A DNA stretch of 64,000 nt from Tubulanus polymorphus (lineage: Eukaryota; Animalia; Nemertea), in the NCBI RefSeq assembly GCF_964204645.1, contig NC_134033.1:10176655-10240654 (forward strand), in the 5' to 3' direction. Each line of letters opens with the position of its first letter. Positions within the stretch are counted from its first letter, which is position 1. Both the position numbers and the translations under genes were made by a program. The notes beneath the pieces are model-generated. The model was not told where the DNA came from, ran no database searches, and was given only the letters and a program-made list of their open reading frames with translations. Positions 1-13,800 of the stretch are shown here, in pieces.

Positions 1-980
1 CAAAATGTATCTGTGACATATTTAATCAGAGATATAGATATCAACGTAGATAAGAATCACCGGGGTAAAATTGACAAACCACTTATCAGTGATGTGACAA
101 ATGCACTAACTATGATGTCAAATGCTACAGAAAGAACTATAATTTGTCATAAATTTGGTAAATAAAGAAGTATCAGCATTTTACTCGAAATACATTCAGG
201 AATTTGTTGGATTTTCGGTAATCATAATAGAATGGACGACATCAAATTTCAATCGCCCGAACTCGCATTTCAATTTCAGGTTCTTAACTGAAATATCTTG
301 AAATATATACAAATTGCAGGTCTCTTAATACAGATGAGATATTTTTCAAATTGCCATAACATTGAATACAATTTTGAACGACTTAATCCTCTTTATTCAT
401 GGAAATCCTTTCTCGTGAAAACCGCTTTAAGTATTTAGAGATTCGATTCTGAGCAAGGTAGATGAATAAGGCTTAGTGTTAGTTCTCCGGCGACGACGCG
501 TGTAAGAGTAACCGATCGTTCATTTCCGGCTGATGACGTCACGGCTGCTAATGCTGGGCGAGAGAATAAATCGATTGCACAAACCGCTGTTAAGCGGATA
601 TTAACCATATCAAATACCAACACGAGCCATTGTGTTAAATTTGTACGGGAGAATTGCTGTCTAATAAAAGGCTTTGTTTTCGGCATCGAAATGATAGATA
701 CCATTATTAAACCTTAATGGTTTTATTCGTTCTTACATTAAAGTACATGGGACCAATGAAGTGTGATGAGAGTCGCATTACACTTCCCTGGTCGAACTTA
801 GAATAATTTGAAGTTGCAACTTTCGGAAATTCTACAAAAAGGTCTGATATGACTTGAACCTTAAATCTCCTGTTTATGACTACTCAATAGCTAGTTGGTG
901 ATCAGAGACAATTGTTGTGTATTCATTCAATTAGTTAACAATGTTCTAATTTTCTGTTGTTGAAGAAAGGTGTACCGGAA

Positions 981-3900
981 ATGACGCATGGACTGGACGT
1001 CGAAGAACAGACCCCGAGAATGGAAGATTCCAAGTTGTATCACATGATCAATGTTGGTACGAAGGATGCTTTCCGCGAGGCTTGGAGATTAGTAGGCCGG
1101 ATGAGTGAGGACGAACTGCGTCTAACTACAACCAATGAGGGGCATTCCTACATGCACTTAGTCATCTATTCCACGCAACATCTTTACGATCAGAATAAAC
1201 GCGATCTATCGCCTAGCATCGTATTGTTGTATCGCCTGGCGTTACGAGGATGTGATATCAACGCTCAGAACAACCACGGTAACACGTGTTTACATTTGGC
1301 GACGTTTCGACCGTGGGCAGATCTTCTGTGCCAGCATCTTATACGATTAGGTAAACATCGTTGTGGTTATTTTGATGAAATACTTCGGGTTGAAACGATA
1401 ATACAGTAAAGTACCACATTACAAAACTAAACAACCAGAACGAACGTGTCCTCAAAGATAACTATTAGGACATAGGCTAATAAATGCTACTTTCTTTCTC
1501 CCGATCGACCGGGTCATTTTTTTAGAAATGCAATTTTAGCAATTGTAATCAGTTCATTTCGATACTCGCGGTTAGCTTGACTATGATCTAAAAATGCGCT
1601 GGCTGTGTTACCTTTTAAGCTCAGCAGAAATGAGAAACAATGTATCATTTTAAGTAATTGCTGACACATTTGAATAAACTACTAGTTCGAGGAAACAATT
1701 CGGTTTTCTTTTCAATAAAGAAGTTTCCAGTTTCTAGGCGCCATTTTGTGGCGGTCCCTGTGGGGAGTTTAGCGTTATGCTAGTGGCTGATAATAATTAT
1801 GATAATAATTGTGATAATGATAATCTATTACTGAAAGCTTTTTCTTAACATTATTGAAATATCAAAGCTCTTTACAAATAAAAGGTTTGGCGTTTCATCG
1901 ACATGTTGTTCTATCCGGCGTCTAAACTGTGTTTCGATTTCTGTATTATAATTTCCATAGGTGCTGATTGCGGATTGCGGAACACGAATAACTGCCGAAT
2001 TATTCATAGTTTCCGCGAACATTCTTGTCACATGGTCAAGAATCAGGACAAGGCCAAATCGGGAATCTGGAGTGCGAGTAGGTGACGTCGTTACCCAGAC
2101 TAGGAAACACATTCATCATTTTACACTTTTTGCAATTAATGAATTTATTTTTGCAGTCGAGGGCGAGAATAAAGATTTAGTTGAGTCGTACCTGCGCTGC
2201 TGGGTCCGGGTCAACGTCCGACGCCGTAAACTGACTCTACGCGGCTCTGCCGACCGTACCGGAAATGATGACCTGTTACAGATGTTGGACAAGGCGAAGA
2301 ACACGAACGAACTGGTGGTGGCAGCCCTGGCATGCGACGTGCAAAAAGTCAAAGAGTTGCTCAACTTGAAATCTAGTTAGTGGGAGACTTGGGTAGCTGG
2401 TTCTCACAAGTTCCACTGTGCATTAATTATATTGAATATTTCAGATAAACCAGACCTGTCTACATGTGATGAATCTTACCGCATTCCAAAACCATTGATA
2501 GCAGCTGTGAAGGAGATGGGTACTCCTGCTACAGACGTCATCCGTATACTACTGGAGCAAGGAGCTCCTGACGATAAGGAGTATCAAGGTAACCAATCAA
2601 ACCAAAATGAGGATTTCAATCTTTAATCATATGACATGCTTGTTCCAGCAGGGTGAGTGCCGTTTGATTCAAGTAGAGGATCACTGCAGGAATACATATG
2701 AACTTTGGAACTCGATTATATTCACTTTATGTTTGTAGCGAAGATTAAAAGTCTAGAAGACGAATTCGAAGAGTCGGAATTCTACGCACTGATTGATGAG
2801 GGTACAGTCGACTCATTGGATGCCGCGTTACAGACGTTAGAGGGCGGCACTGTTTACGTGAACTGTAGAAGTAATAAAGAAGAAACTCATGGCTCAACAT
2901 ATCTTCATCTCATAGTTAACAAGTAAGGTGTAACCACTCTCCCAAAGCCTTGTACTGAATGGTGGTTACCCTCAATGACTATATTTGACTTTTTTCAGTT
3001 CTAACATCACGAGCCATTACCAAAACGTACTGTCAAATTCACTGCTGTAGTCGTGGTAGTTGTCACAATAATCATTATGTTAATGACTTGCACTTTGTTA
3101 ATTCGATTGGAAATAGAAATTGTGAAACGAAATAGAGACGACTGCAGTACTTTGACCACTGATTTTGACTGTATACGTATTCGGCATTAGCCAAGACAAT
3201 CAATTCGTCCCAGGGAACTTCATTCTACAGTTGGAAAATGAAAAATCATCGTACTAACAGAATTTCGTATTTTGAACATTTATGAAAATAATTCCATATT
3301 ACCTTAAGAAACTAGCAGACAACCCATAGATAATTAATTGCACGTGAGCTCAGCCCCACTATACGATAGATCAGATGATGCATAAACAATGCGGACAAGC
3401 TGTTCAACTTTAATGGACACTCATTATGGACCATCGCACTAATTGTGTTTATTTACCATAAAAATGAATCGGAGTTCACCAAATTTTGGCATCATATTTT
3501 TTGGCAATCTCGTATTAACTTGCTCGTACCAAGCAACTATTTTTTTTCGGAAAATACTATACAGAAAGCGGGGAATTCTCAAATTCATCGTACTACTGAG
3601 CTTTTCGTTGTAAGCCGAATCCTACTAACGAGTGTATCTTTCTGTTTTGATTGAGTGTATATATGCTCAAGCTCACAGCCCTACAGCTCTAAATCTTCTG
3701 GTATAATCACGTATATTCAATATCCCTGAAGATGACATTATTTTCGGACGGCTTCCTTGTTATAACAGTGTGGGATTCTCTCTCTATATATATACATATC
3801 TATATAGGTATAAACAAGAGACAGATGTGAAAATACGGCGTTTATTGATTCGTCTGGTTTATCGATTAGCTCTCGACGGAATTGATGTCAACGCACGTGA

Positions 3901-6900
3901 CAATAACGGAGAAACAGTAGCCATAACTTCATTCGATGAAACAGATCACAGTTTACTCGATCATCTCATCAAAATCGGTAATACTTGTGTATCACATTAG
4001 ATTAGGCCACGCAAAGAAATACCCTTGTTTCTCATCGGCCCATTGTTAGAAAAGTGAAGAAGGCGGCAGGTTTGTATTCCTTTACAACCCTTAATAAAGA
4101 GGAAAATAAAAATCCTTATCCAAAATTCCAAAAGTGACAAAGGCGACTAATTCCATTTTTTAAATGGGGATATTTAGGGGTCAACAACCTTAAATCAGGA
4201 TGTAAAGCACTTCTTCGAAATTCTTACCTGCCACAGTAAAAAATTGAGTAGCGACGGTAAGGTAAGATTAAAAAAAATATAAATGCGTGATCAGGTTGTT
4301 GATCGAAATGCGAGCGAGAGTGTTTTATTAAAAAGATAGAAGTAACGAATGCAGATTTCTGTATGCGGGATGCTCATTTTTATTTCTGTTCTTTAACGGC
4401 GCTCGCGGAAAATTAAACTGATGAGAAACAAATTATTTTTTGCATGGCCTTATACATACTCTCATGTTGTGTATAGGTATCGATCTGCACTTACCCCCTA
4501 GAACCCAGCACCATCCCCTTCAGTGAAGATCCAGACATCCACAGGTTTAGTGGAAGTCTGACACAAGTGTAGCCTCGGATGTTTAAAGAATGGGTATATA
4601 GGTTGCTGATCGGTATCTGTATATCACATACAACGATTATGTGCATACTCCAAAATATACCAAATATTCAACCGTCACATGAAATCTTAATAAGCTGTTT
4701 CAAACAGGCGTTGATACATCAAAGATAACACCTGCTGGTCGAGGAATAACTATAGAAACGTACGACTTCAAAGGAAGATTGATCCTGAGTAAAGACCCAA
4801 GGCGCACGGATATGCCAGGCTTGTGGCCAGCAGGTATTTTAAGTAGTTAATCCCACGCATTATAAATACGTACTGCTGTGCGTAGATGACCGCCAGTGTA
4901 ATGTCCTGTTTTCTCTCTTATTCTCTAAGTTGAAGATAACGACATCGCTAGAACTAAACGCTGGTTGCAGTCGTGGTGTCGCGTAAATACGATCCAAAGC
5001 GGGCGCAAGTTGCGAGATGTGGCTGTAGCGATGGGACACACTGAAATAGCTAAACTTCTCGAGGAATTCAACCACGTTAATGAGTTTGTTTGTGCTGTAT
5101 TCGCCTGCGATATGAAACGGATGAAGAATCTGCTCGCTTTAGGCAAAGGTAATCATTAATCTTACAACGTTAGGCATCAGCTCACTTCAACCAGTCCTGG
5201 GTCTGCTTGTATCCACATGGATCTACCACGCTCTATGATACTGTATTGTAGAATCTAACTATCTAGTGGTACATTCCAAGATCCCGCCGGCCCTTAGTAA
5301 GGCATCCAGTTTTCTGTGGCATCACTATGTGAATCTCTAAGTTCATTTATGGTCACCGTACCTTTACTTCAACAGTTTCCATCTTATGGAATGCTTTTAC
5401 CTTTAAGAATCAGATCCTATACTTAATATGATTGCTTGCAGGTAAATGGAAAGTAAATATCGCTGATGAGTTTTTCCACGCCGGGTTTAAGGTTGATAGA
5501 AGTTCTGAATATGTGCGTCGACCTTTAGTTTTATCAGCGATGGAAATCTGTACTGCGCAAGTCGTAGAATACTTACAGAAGTTTGGAGCCGATCTGACGA
5601 TACAATACGAGGGTAAGTGTGGCCTATTTGATGGTATCAATTCCTGTCGCGACAAAGATGCAGATCTGACTTTTCATTGAGCCACGAATAAAAAGTTGAA
5701 TATACGTCCCACGACCACAAAGCCGATAAGCTAAAATATCGAAACGTTGAAAATTATTCATTATCCTTTTTGAAATCCGAAGTTTTCGCATTTCACTAAA
5801 AACCAATCAAGGAATGAAGATCTGTAATGATCTGTATCTATCTATTCCAGAAGTTGCACCATGTGGCCCATGCGCATTTTGGGCGTTTCGAGATGACATC
5901 GAAAACTCGGTGACGAACGTCGTGTCCAAGCACGCCGATCTTGACCTTCGAGATGAACGGGGCGCAACTATGCTTCACAAAGCGGTTAAAAAACGGGACG
6001 ATCTTAAAGAGGAGAGCGTGAAGATTTTACTGGAACGTGGCATAAACGTCGCAGCACGTGACATTGACGGTTTAACAGCACGTGATTACTGTACGACCGG
6101 ACTCATTCCTGAGTCGGAAGGATCTCATCTAGCTCAAGTGATTGATGATTATGTTTTGTATTGTTGCGCCACCGGGGAACATGATATCGTTGAACATTTA
6201 ATCCTGGATAGTTACGACCATATTTTGGATATAAACGGAACGGCGAAAAGAAAAACGGCCAAAGAGCTCGCGTATCTGAAAGAACAGAAAGATATGCTCG
6301 AACTTTTGAATGAAATACCGGCTTATGAGGTACCCCTTAACCTTCACCCATCTCAACAGATTCGTAACTGGTTTAGATATATATTTTTTCATTGTACATT
6401 TTGACACTGGATGTAATTGCACAGTTGTTTATTGCTGTTTTAGAAATTGATCGGTGATCTACACAACGCTTGCCAAAACGGAGATCTGAAAACACTGACG
6501 AAGCTTTCACAAGAGAAAAAAGGTGCTTGGGGTAGGTAACGTTTATTAAACTACTGCTGATTCCACTATAAGATCTAAATTCCCCTCGTAAATCTATTCT
6601 CGTTTCTGGTAATGTGTTGTTTACAGGTCGTGATTTGGGTGGGAGAAACATCCTTCATAAAGCGGTTATATTCGGTCAAACTGAGGTCGTCTGCTGTTTG
6701 ATTGAACAGTACCCGGATCTAATTAAGGGTAAAGACAATGTAAGTTATGACATGACACTACTTTATGCACGTGTTAAATTTTTTCTATATTAGTAAACTC
6801 CATTTGAACGCATAATCGTTTTCAGTTACTTCGAACTCCCGAACATTTCGCCGCGTGTCTCGGAGACCAGCGACGTATGTTGAACTTACTTTGGTCGGAG

Positions 6901-7258
6901 GGCACTAAGGATCTTGGGTTATCAGAAGCGGTAAGGAGTGCATCGCCTGTCTGCTTTCTTGAACAGTTAATCGAATTGAAATCCACTCGAATTAGCACGT
7001 AATGACGGCCCATGTTTATCCATTTCAGAATAACTTATCTGTACAGGACTATCTTCAAGAGATGGACCAAGAAACTCTAACCAGGGCCAAGCCAAGAGGT
7101 CGCCGTCATTACGATTACAAAGTAAGGGAAGCACTTCATCTTTTCTAAGTTATTTGTGGTCATCGTCTGACTAATTATGTTCGTTGTAGGTGAAATCCGT
7201 CCTCGAAATCGAGCGCAACAAGAAATACGGCATTGTCCAACTGAATGATGATGAATGA
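981..7258 (+). CDS. Multi-exon ankyrin-repeat protein (~888 aa, 15 coding exons)
   Basis: Manually spliced with GT-AG sites and consistent phases: 981-1350, 1961-2077, 2157-2375, 2445-2588, 2739-2922, 3808-3977, 4708-4833, 4930-5148, 5442-5612, 5851-6329, 6444-6531, 6627-6739, 6826-6930, 7029-7121, 7190-7258 (2667 nt, ends TGA). Ankyrin motifs GCDINAQNNHGNTCLHLA, GIDVNARDNNGET, RDERGATMLHKA, GINVAARDIDGLTA, GRNILHKAV. AATAAA near 7398. Start could lie in an upstream exon (acceptor before 966). Confidence 0.85.
3700..3785 (+). mobile_element. Internally deleted Penelope-like pseudo-LTR remnant (broken hammerhead)
   Basis: CCTGAAGATGAC...TTTCGGAC...TGTGGGATTCTCTC: same three landmarks, same order, as the 21303-21556 insertion; stem II and GAAA are missing. 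Confidence 0.55.
4005..4449. mobile_element. PIF/Harbinger (Tourist-like) MITE in ankyrin-gene intron
   Basis: Imperfect ~30-bp TIR GGCCACGCAAAGAAATACCCTTGTTTCTCATC / GATGAGAAACAAATTATTTTTTGCATGGCC, flanked by TTA on both sides. Confidence 0.75.
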
Positions 7259-7662
7259 AATTGCTCGCTACTGATTTCGATACAACACGACGTGACCTAT
7301 GCATTACATTAGTTTAATGCTCAAAAAAACATTTCATTCGTTTTTTCAAACATCAGTTTATTTGAATTACTAACTCATATTCTCAAAATTGATGATGAAT
7401 AAAACTGTTAGGGACAAAAGCAAGTAATATTGACAAATCTATGTCAAATTATCATATTATACGAACAGATATTGTAACTGTTATGGGAGGTTTATTTTTA
7501 TACTTGAAGGAGGGGGGATGTTTGAGGTTCATTGTTGCTGTGATCAATCGAAACGTATATGTGTTTATACAGTGTACCTATATCATAATCATTTGTAAAA
7601 CGTATATGTGTTTATATCATAAAACATCTGTCATGAAATCTAAAAATTTTAAAATATATGTT

Positions 7663-8111
7663 AGTAATAGGGTATGTGTTGTTTCATACCGAAAGGTCGT
7701 GCTCATAAAAATAAAAATAAATTCTCACAGGTTGAATTTATTTTTATTTTTCACTCACTCAACCTTTCAACCTCTGATATGAAACAACACATACCCTATT
7801 TCTCTAAAAATCTCATATATATGAATATCATTTATATGAATATCATATATACGAAAATCAATTATATATATTGATTATAAAAGTGTGAGTAAAGTTTGAG
7901 AAATGATTCATATGTTAAAAAAGGTAACGAGTAATTAACGAGTTGGTAGAATTAAAGTCAATTTCAAACATAAAAAGTGTGAGTAAAGTGATTGAATAGA
8001 TTAATATTTTAAACATATTTTAATATTTATATTTGTATAGGTTAGATTTTCTAACATAAGGAGTGTGAGTAAAGTGATTGAAATGATTCATATTTTCATA
8101 TTGAGTATTTA

Positions 8112-8210
<99 letters not shown>

Positions 8211-8578
8211 AATATTTATATTTGTATGAGTTAGATTCATTTTAATAAAAGTTTTGTTATAAAAATGAATGAAGAAGAGAACCCAAATTTAAAATCACTT
8301 TTGAAATTGATTTTAATTCTAACAACTCGTTACTTTTTCAAAATATGAATTATTATTTCTCACACTTTACTTGATTTTCATATATATGATATTCATGTAA
8401 ATGATATTCATATATATGAAATTATTAGAGTAATAGGGTATGTGTTGTTTCATATCAGAGGTTGAAAGGTTGAGTGAGTGAAAAATAAATATAAATTCGA
8501 GCGTGTGAGAGTTTGTTAGTATTTTTTATGAGCTCGACCTTTCGACCTCGGGTATGAAACAACACATACCCTATTACT
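7663..8578. mobile_element. Non-autonomous foldback element with Polinton/Maverick-like ends
   Basis: ~300-bp imperfect inverted arms; termini AGTAATAGGG...CCCTATTACT; exact 6-bp flanking duplication TATGTT (7657-7662, 8579-8584); central (TA)n; no coding capacity. Confidence 0.75.
8110..8208. repeat. (TA)n microsatellite
   Basis: ~45 TA dinucleotides in the centre of the foldback element. Confidence 0.95.
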
Positions 8579-10817
8579 TATGTTTATCTATCGAACAGAA
8601 AATTCAGTATTTTATTTTCATTAAAAAATCACTTGCAGACATTTTAAGTAGATTTTAAACCAGGAATTGCCGATACTGGTTACACAGGGGCTGGTATAAC
8701 AAGCAGAGTGGTATCATCCCTTACCTTGGGATTTAACACTTAGTCGAAATGAATTGAGTTATTAACATTTAGTCGAAATGAATTGAGTTAACTCCCCTGG
8801 TTTGAGACAATAAATACCCAATCTATAAAACCAGGCCCAGTTCACCAGTTGTGGTGTGTAACACCCTTTTCTAAATCCATTCGTTTATCGTTCAAGGTCG
8901 TTGAACGAAACAGAATATGAACTCGGGTCAGTCTACTTCACATGTTGCTTGCCGTGACCTGATCTTTTCGTATTGTCGAAATCACTTTTTAGCGTTTTAC
9001 ATTAAACTTTCGTCATGGCGGCTGATTGAAATGATTCGAAGAAGCTTCAACCATCGAACAAGAAGCAACGCAAACTATGAGAGCATATTAAGATTAGATT
9101 ACAGGAGTGAAACACAGTGGGCCGTCTATTCGATGCAAAATGACTTTGGGACAGTGATGCCAGGAAGTATTTTGAAATAACTTTACTCCAGCTGGATTAG
9201 GCGTGATGCTGCTGTTGCAATCACTCACCGATCATTATCAGCACTGGACGTATCGGCCCCACTGTGCGCGGTTTCGCCACCGCGCGGGATTTACGCGAAG
9301 CAGCAGAACACAAACATGGCCACTCTCTCAATTTTCAATGATAGAAATCGTGTGTGCATTTCAATTATTTCGGCTGTTAGGGTTTTAAGGCACAATATAA
9401 GTTGATGATGAGATATGGCGATGTTAATTAATGATAATTCCGCAGTGAAGGTAGTCACGAACGGTGCCGATTGAGTGTAAAGCTGCCAACAACACTGAAA
9501 TGTGCGTAGTTGCGTAACTATTTGCAGTGAATTGCAGACGAAACATGAAGCCTTAACGGCCGTTTAAATAAGATTATACCAATCGCAATTGTAAAATAAA
9601 AATGAGATAGAACCTAAGTTAAAATTCTGGCCATTTCTAAAATGTTATTACTAATTTTTAGTCAGTGCGGAACGTTTAGTTTTCCAACAATGATGAGGGG
9701 TGATAGGTAGTCATGCAATTCAAGTCATCATTTATTACACGTTACTTCCGTGTTGTTGAAAATCTCGCGAGTCCTGGACCAAACCCCAATGAACAATGTG
9801 ATCTGTGTGCTGGCCACAAATGCACACAGATCACACTACACTACCCATTACACACTCCAGTACCCACAGCTTTCATATATCCATCCAAATATTTAGTGTC
9901 TTTCTTCCTGGGTAACAAGGGGGTTCGAGTCCTGCTGCTGGCTGCCGATTACCGTTTTGCTTCAATAAAAATGATTGGAGATGTCTAATTACTGAATTCT
10001 CAGAATCCTCTTTTTGCTAAACCCATATTTCACCCCGAAGGCCTATCTTCAATATATTCTCAATGAATATATATATTTATTCCCGCGACACCTACACTGA
10101 TAAAGTCTTTTTTTTCTAGGTAAGCCTACGGTGCTTTGAATCAACATTGTATTGCTATATTTTTTTCATTTCCCTCCGTTTAAAGGGTTTCTCATTTGTC
10201 AAGCTCCTTTGCCGATGCAGCTGTTACGTTAGAAATGGATGATTATTGAGATTACCCCGATGATAGTGAGGACCTTCTTCCCTTCAACAAAGGATGAGAG
10301 TAAACACGTCTGATTTACATGAATACTACGGCTAAACTAATGTTTTTAATACATAACCAACATCCATAATGCCTGTATGTAGGGAAAGTAATCGTACAAA
10401 TCCAGCAACTGCGCCGCCAACAATCGCACAAATATTCGTATATTTCTTCACTTTCGCAAATTTTGTCATCATTGTGTATTTGACTTTTGATTTCTACGAA
10501 CAACGTTTGCAAAATTAATGAAATGGTTGTCAATGTGATGATTACAGATTCGATATCTCCGGACAACCCGCTAAAGTAACAGCATGTTCTAATACCGTCT
10601 TACGGTCGTGTATACGTAAATGTACTGCAATTAGCATTGATCAAGTTTCAAGTTTCAAGTTTGTTTATTCATTATAATCACATGCCATGATCGTCAATGA
10701 ACAGCGGATTAGAAGAAAACAATATAATACATATATACAATACTAGGATTACAAAAATATTTACAGGAAAGAGTGCATAGGACATAGCGTACTGTACAAT
10801 ATAAGTCAAGCATAAAA

Positions 10818-13800
10818 TTAAATATAATATTCAAATCCCGATTGGATATACTTACCCAAATTTATCAATTCTGATTGACTACCTATATCATTAAAAATTC
10901 TATTTATATCATTTACATCACCAATTTCCAAATCAAATTTCGTCCTGAGACAGTCGAATTTGCTACACGATAAGATGAAGTGCTGCTCGTCTTCCACACA
11001 GTTACATATATCACAAAGTCTGTTTTCTCTACTCAATCCCAGGTGTCTGCCTGTTCTATCATCAGTCGATGGGATGAGGTACGTAGTTTGGCAATTGCAC
11101 TCCTAATATTAAAATTCTTTACAACCAATAAGTAGTTTTCTAGTTGGTAGGACTGTTTAATCGTATTATAAAAAGATAATTTGTTATGACTTGCAGCTTG
11201 TTCCCTCCAAAAATAGACGAAATTTTCTTGTAGTTTGGATTTGATGCTATTAAAAATAAAGTCAGGATTGCTACAGGCACCTAAATTTTCCAGCAGGTTA
11301 TTAAAGTTCAAATGAGTGAGTAGAGTCTTGATGCCCGTTATAAAATTACAGTTATTATTGCTGTCGTCCCTATACATATCAAGGAGACTCTGATAGACTA
11401 AACTATTAGGATTATTCGTCATGATAGACATCCAGAATTTAATTGCTGACAGAAGTACATCATTGAAGACTGGGAAGACCCCCCAGATCACCAAAAACAG
11501 GTAATAGAAGTGATTTATTGTGTAACGCAAGGATTAATCTACAGAATCTTGACTGTACTTTTTGACAAATGAGTTTATTGTAATGAGCACATAGGTAGTT
11601 CGGATTAACACCCTTTTTCGTGCTTTCTAAGAGAAAAAATATACCCCAGACCTCTGAACCATATACAAGTATAGGCTTAATTAACGCATTAAATAGTTCA
11701 AGTTGTTGTTGGATATGGAGATTATTAAAACCAGGCATTTTAACTAAATTAAACATAGCTCTAGAGCCCTTTATGACTAGAGATTCCTGTGCTACTTTTA
11801 ACTTTCCATTACAGTGGATGTTAAAGCCCAAATAATTACATTTCTTAACTACATTCAATATACTACCATTGAAAGAAAAGTTGCTAGAATTATCAAGCTT
11901 TCCAGCTCTATTGAAGACAATAACATTTGATTTCTGTACATTGACATTCAGACCCCATTTGTTACAGTAAAGTTCTAGTTTAAGCAGGGCTTTTTGTAAA
12001 CCCTTTGCCGACTTAGAAATCAGTATTAAATCATCAGCATACATAAGGCATGGAATAGAGATACTACCAAGCAAAGGGCAGTCACATTCTGCGAAAATAT
12101 CTGCTATGTCATTAATGGAAATGTTAAAAAGCAGCGGGCTAAGTATATTACCCTGATGCACCCCTACTTTAACTGGGAAAGGTGCAGACAGATGTGATTT
12201 ATTCTGAACCTGTGACACAGCGTGACTATACATGTCTTTCACCGTCCTATAGAAATAACCATTAATGCCGGCTTTAATTAGCTTGATAAACAGGGCCTCG
12301 TGCAGGACACTATCAAAAGCGCGCTGGAAATCGATGAAAGGGCAGAAAAGCTTCTGCCTACGACTTGATGTTCGCTTATCAACCAGATGCTTCAGCGTTA
12401 ACAGGTGGTCAGCACAATGTGCACCCCTTTTGAAACCTATTTGACTTGGGGACAGAACATTTCTCGATTCAACAAAACTTATGAGGCGATCATTTAAAAT
12501 CGAGCAGAATAATTTACTAATACAACTGGTTATTGTAATACCTCTATAACAGGTTACATCATTGATATTGCCTTTCTTGAAAACAGGGGTTATTATACCT
12601 TGGGACCACTCCTTTGGATAATTACCAGTTACCAATATCGCGTTAAATAGTTTTCGTAATGGCGTGACCATATGACGAGCTGTACTTAAGCATCTCGTTT
12701 AAGACTGAGTCGTGACCCGATGCCTTGTTGCGTTTAAGTTTCCTACACGCATTTATGACTTCTTCTTCTGTTATCTCAAAATCTAATTCAGTGAAGTTAA
12801 CAGGTTCCGTTTCGAGGTCCAAAAGCTTATGACTTAGTTCCTTGATTTTGTTATGGAGATTAGGATTCGGAATGCTTAGTTGTTCAAAGTGTTTATGCCA
12901 AGTAGAAAGATCAATATTGGAGTGATTAGATTTGTGGGGATTCCGCAAGTCATTAATATTCTTCCAGAAAGTTTTATTATAATTATTAGTTTCGCCTTGA
13001 ACTGGGTTATTTACATCATTTACGAGTTTATTGACATATTCTCTCTTTTTCGATTTAAGCAATTTCTTATAAGTTTTACGGTCCTCATGATATTCCGATA
13101 TCAGCCCACGATCAGGCAGACTAGATGAGGAAACTCTCCTTGCTTTTTTTCTAAGCTTACGTCTCTCATGTAAACATGACTTATCAAACCATTTCTGTTT
13201 GGGGAATGATTTACCAGTTCTGTCCGTATCAGTTTGTGGGTTTCTTGACTTTAACGTGTTCAAAGCGACTGTTTGATAGATATTAACACATGACGAAAGA
13301 TATCCAGGTAGGTCATCTACAGCAGAACGTTACACAAATCCGAAATGGTACTGCTTATATCGGGACTAATGAAAGCATCGTGGAATTTATCCAGGTTTTC
13401 CTCCTCCCATATAAACTTGGTTGGTTTACATGATAGATTGCTATCAGTATGTTCATCTGGCGGTGCATGACCAGGTTTTTGGATTTTTGCTTGAAGATAT
13501 ACAGACAAATTTGCAATGATCAGAAAGGACACTTAAACTATCAACTCTCATGCTTATAGCTTTCTGAAATAAGTAATCGCTGCAGATGAAGTAATCAACT
13601 GTACTAAACCCGTTATACTTATAACAAGTAGGCGAGCCGGAGAAGTCACCTATCAAGCGGCCATTGACAATTTTTAGGTTACAAGATTGACATAATTCAA
13701 TTAGTTTACGGCCGAAGCCGTTTATTACCGAGTCCCTGGATCTCCTAACTTTACAATCATCCGGCTGTAAAATACCTGATGACAAGTCATACCTAGAAAC

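Noticed and set aside
1700-1768. Long-range inverted match to 29430-29490
   Set aside because: Short dispersed repeat fragment 28 kb apart; no TSD or evidence that the two bound one element.
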